Origin: Bigelowiella natans CCMP2755 | Lineage: Eukaryota; Protista; Cercozoa | Assembly: GCA_000320545.1 (NCBI GenBank) | Contig: ADNK01001706.1 | Location: forward strand, 4,101-68,100 | Direction of reading: 5' to 3' | Length of the DNA: 64,000 nt | Shown: piece by piece, positions 62,290 to 64,000 of the stretch | Position numbering within the stretch: the first letter of the stretch is position 1 | Layout: every line of letters begins with the position of its first letter | Notes under the pieces: generated by a model | Database searches by the model: none | What the model saw: the letters and a program-made list of their open reading frames with translations, nothing else | What the model was told of the DNA's origin: nothing | Translations under genes and position numbers: made by a program

Positions 62290-63207
62290 AAAAGTCCAAG
62301 GAAATTCTCTAAGACGTACATGTTTAGTTGTCGCATGTATAAAATGCAATGATATTTTTCTGAATTTCCATTTTCGTAGATATTCCGGTCTGAATTCGAT
62401 CGGGGTGCTCCACGAGTGAACATATCCCCCCCCCCGAGCTGTCACGATGTTGTCGCTCAAGTTCTGGGTATGTGCGCGACCCGTCACCTCCCCAACCACC
62501 CTTACATTCGATATTTTATCGTCTATAATTTCAATACAAGGCAATTTGAGATGTTGCTTCCTTGAGCGATCTGAAGAGTGATATGTATTTAGGTCGCTTT
62601 GTTCTTCTTCGATATTACAGGTCCCCTCTCCGCACATACACAATTTTCCCTCCCCGCTATATGGCCTGCTCTGACGCTGTTTTATGTGCTCAGGGCTAAG
62701 CAATTCCCTCTTAGCAAACGAACTCGATTTGCTAGGTGTGGCCAAGCCGACCAACGGTCTCCAGGTGCTGCTGCTCGAATAACGAATAAGCATATGCGTT
62801 CCTGCTTGCCTCGCCCCCCCTCCCGTCCACACACAGAGGCAGCGACACTGTATGTGATTTCCCCTCGCATGACGGCATTATGCGGGTCGTTTTGCTCTAA
62901 AGGTGATGGCGCTATACGTCGGGCAGTTCTTGGGCAGTCTCCTCTTCTATCAGGTAGCGGTGTTATAGATGACGCTCAAAACCCGGGATCTTCGGCCCGA
63001 TGCCTCCCCATTTCGCAGCACGCCTTTGTGTCATCGTCGTCGTCGTCCATTCGCTTTCCGCGGCGCCTGCAGTTTCCTGATTTCCCGTGCTTGATGGTTT
63101 CATTAGGGGTGGCTGACGCTTCGTTGGTATCACATCCGAAAGGTGCTGCGAGAGCGTCTTGAATCATGATCTTTTTTTAAATTTGAAAATATGAATATAC
63201 ATATTAC

Positions 63208-63249
<42 letters not shown>

Positions 63250-63257
63250 AGAGGGAG

Positions 63258-63298
<41 letters not shown>

Positions 63299-64000
63299 AA
63301 CATTTAAGTGCCAAAGTAGTTTGGGTGTTTGCACGTCTGGGTTGGTATCCCTTTCCTGACTACTTTCGCATCAAGCTAGTTACACAAAGGCAATCGTCGT
63401 TCAAAGGAGTATTGGTGTACCGACATGTTCCGTGCAGGTCGCCCCCCAATGGAATATCTATCCTGGAAAGACCGATTTTTTAAGTGGATGTAATTTAATC
63501 ATGTTTGCTCTTTATTCTTTTATCTGCGACAATGAAAACTCAGACCGTATTTGAATATGTGGATGCGAATTAATAACTAGGATGCGATAGATCATCCGAC
63601 AAGCCAAATAATAATAATTGCCTAGTCTACTCGCAAAATCAGCAGAGCATTCCGTGCCGCCCTTTTCCGCAGAGAATTCTGGAAGTGAGACCCAGGGGTA
63701 TTTGACAACGGGATGAGCGCAAAAGCCATGACGCGAATCGTTTTGATCCCCTTTTCGACCCCGAGGGAGCTTTTGTTTGCTCTCCCCAAAAGATCTTCAA
63801 CTCGCATCTCTGTGGAAAAAAAACAGAAAGATTACCTCTTTCACGTTTGGCGACAGAAAAACATAGATGTCGCACATAGCTGATACAGGTTTGATGGGTC
63901 AGCCGGAGATTTGCGCTGCTCGTCCCGTGGTTTGAAAACTGCTCCAAAGACTAAAGGACAGACCGCCACCTTGAACTGAAAGGATGGCTGAACAGTTAAA

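Noticed and set aside
62218-63167. Minus-strand ORFs upstream of U6 as a defined gene
   Set aside because: Possibly coding, but no recognisable domain or consistent exon chain, and the longest ORF reads into U6.

Overview
Gene-dense, intron-containing eukaryotic (protist/alga-like) nuclear DNA; the lineage cannot be fixed from sequence alone. About 20 host genes are visible. Recognisable ones include ELF1, a telobox-type Myb protein, a SPRY protein, a TMUB-like protein, a rhodanese, an HD phosphohydrolase, EAF6, an RBR-like ligase, a bacterial-type glutamine-synthetase-family gene, a GT47 exostosin, a membrane-anchored MAP3K-like kinase and a yellow/MRJP protein. Mobile DNA comprises a young Ty3/gypsy LTR retrotransposon (7205-12913; identical 326-bp LTRs; pol ends in a degenerate Dam-like adenine-methyltransferase domain), two copies of a LINE 3' end, and a U6 snRNA copy fused to one of them. 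The main observation is a compartment-specific mutational signature. Intergenic and repeat blocks have lost almost every TpA dinucleotide, converted to CpA or TpG (A:T->G:C), except inside CTAG, while genes, promoters and the young LTR element keep TpA. Three internal comparisons give the direction of change: a duplicated exon, the LINE copies and invariant U6 positions. This looks like a RIP-like but chemically opposite hypermutation process acting on non-genic DNA. All counts are by eye; exon boundaries of multi-exon genes are approximate.
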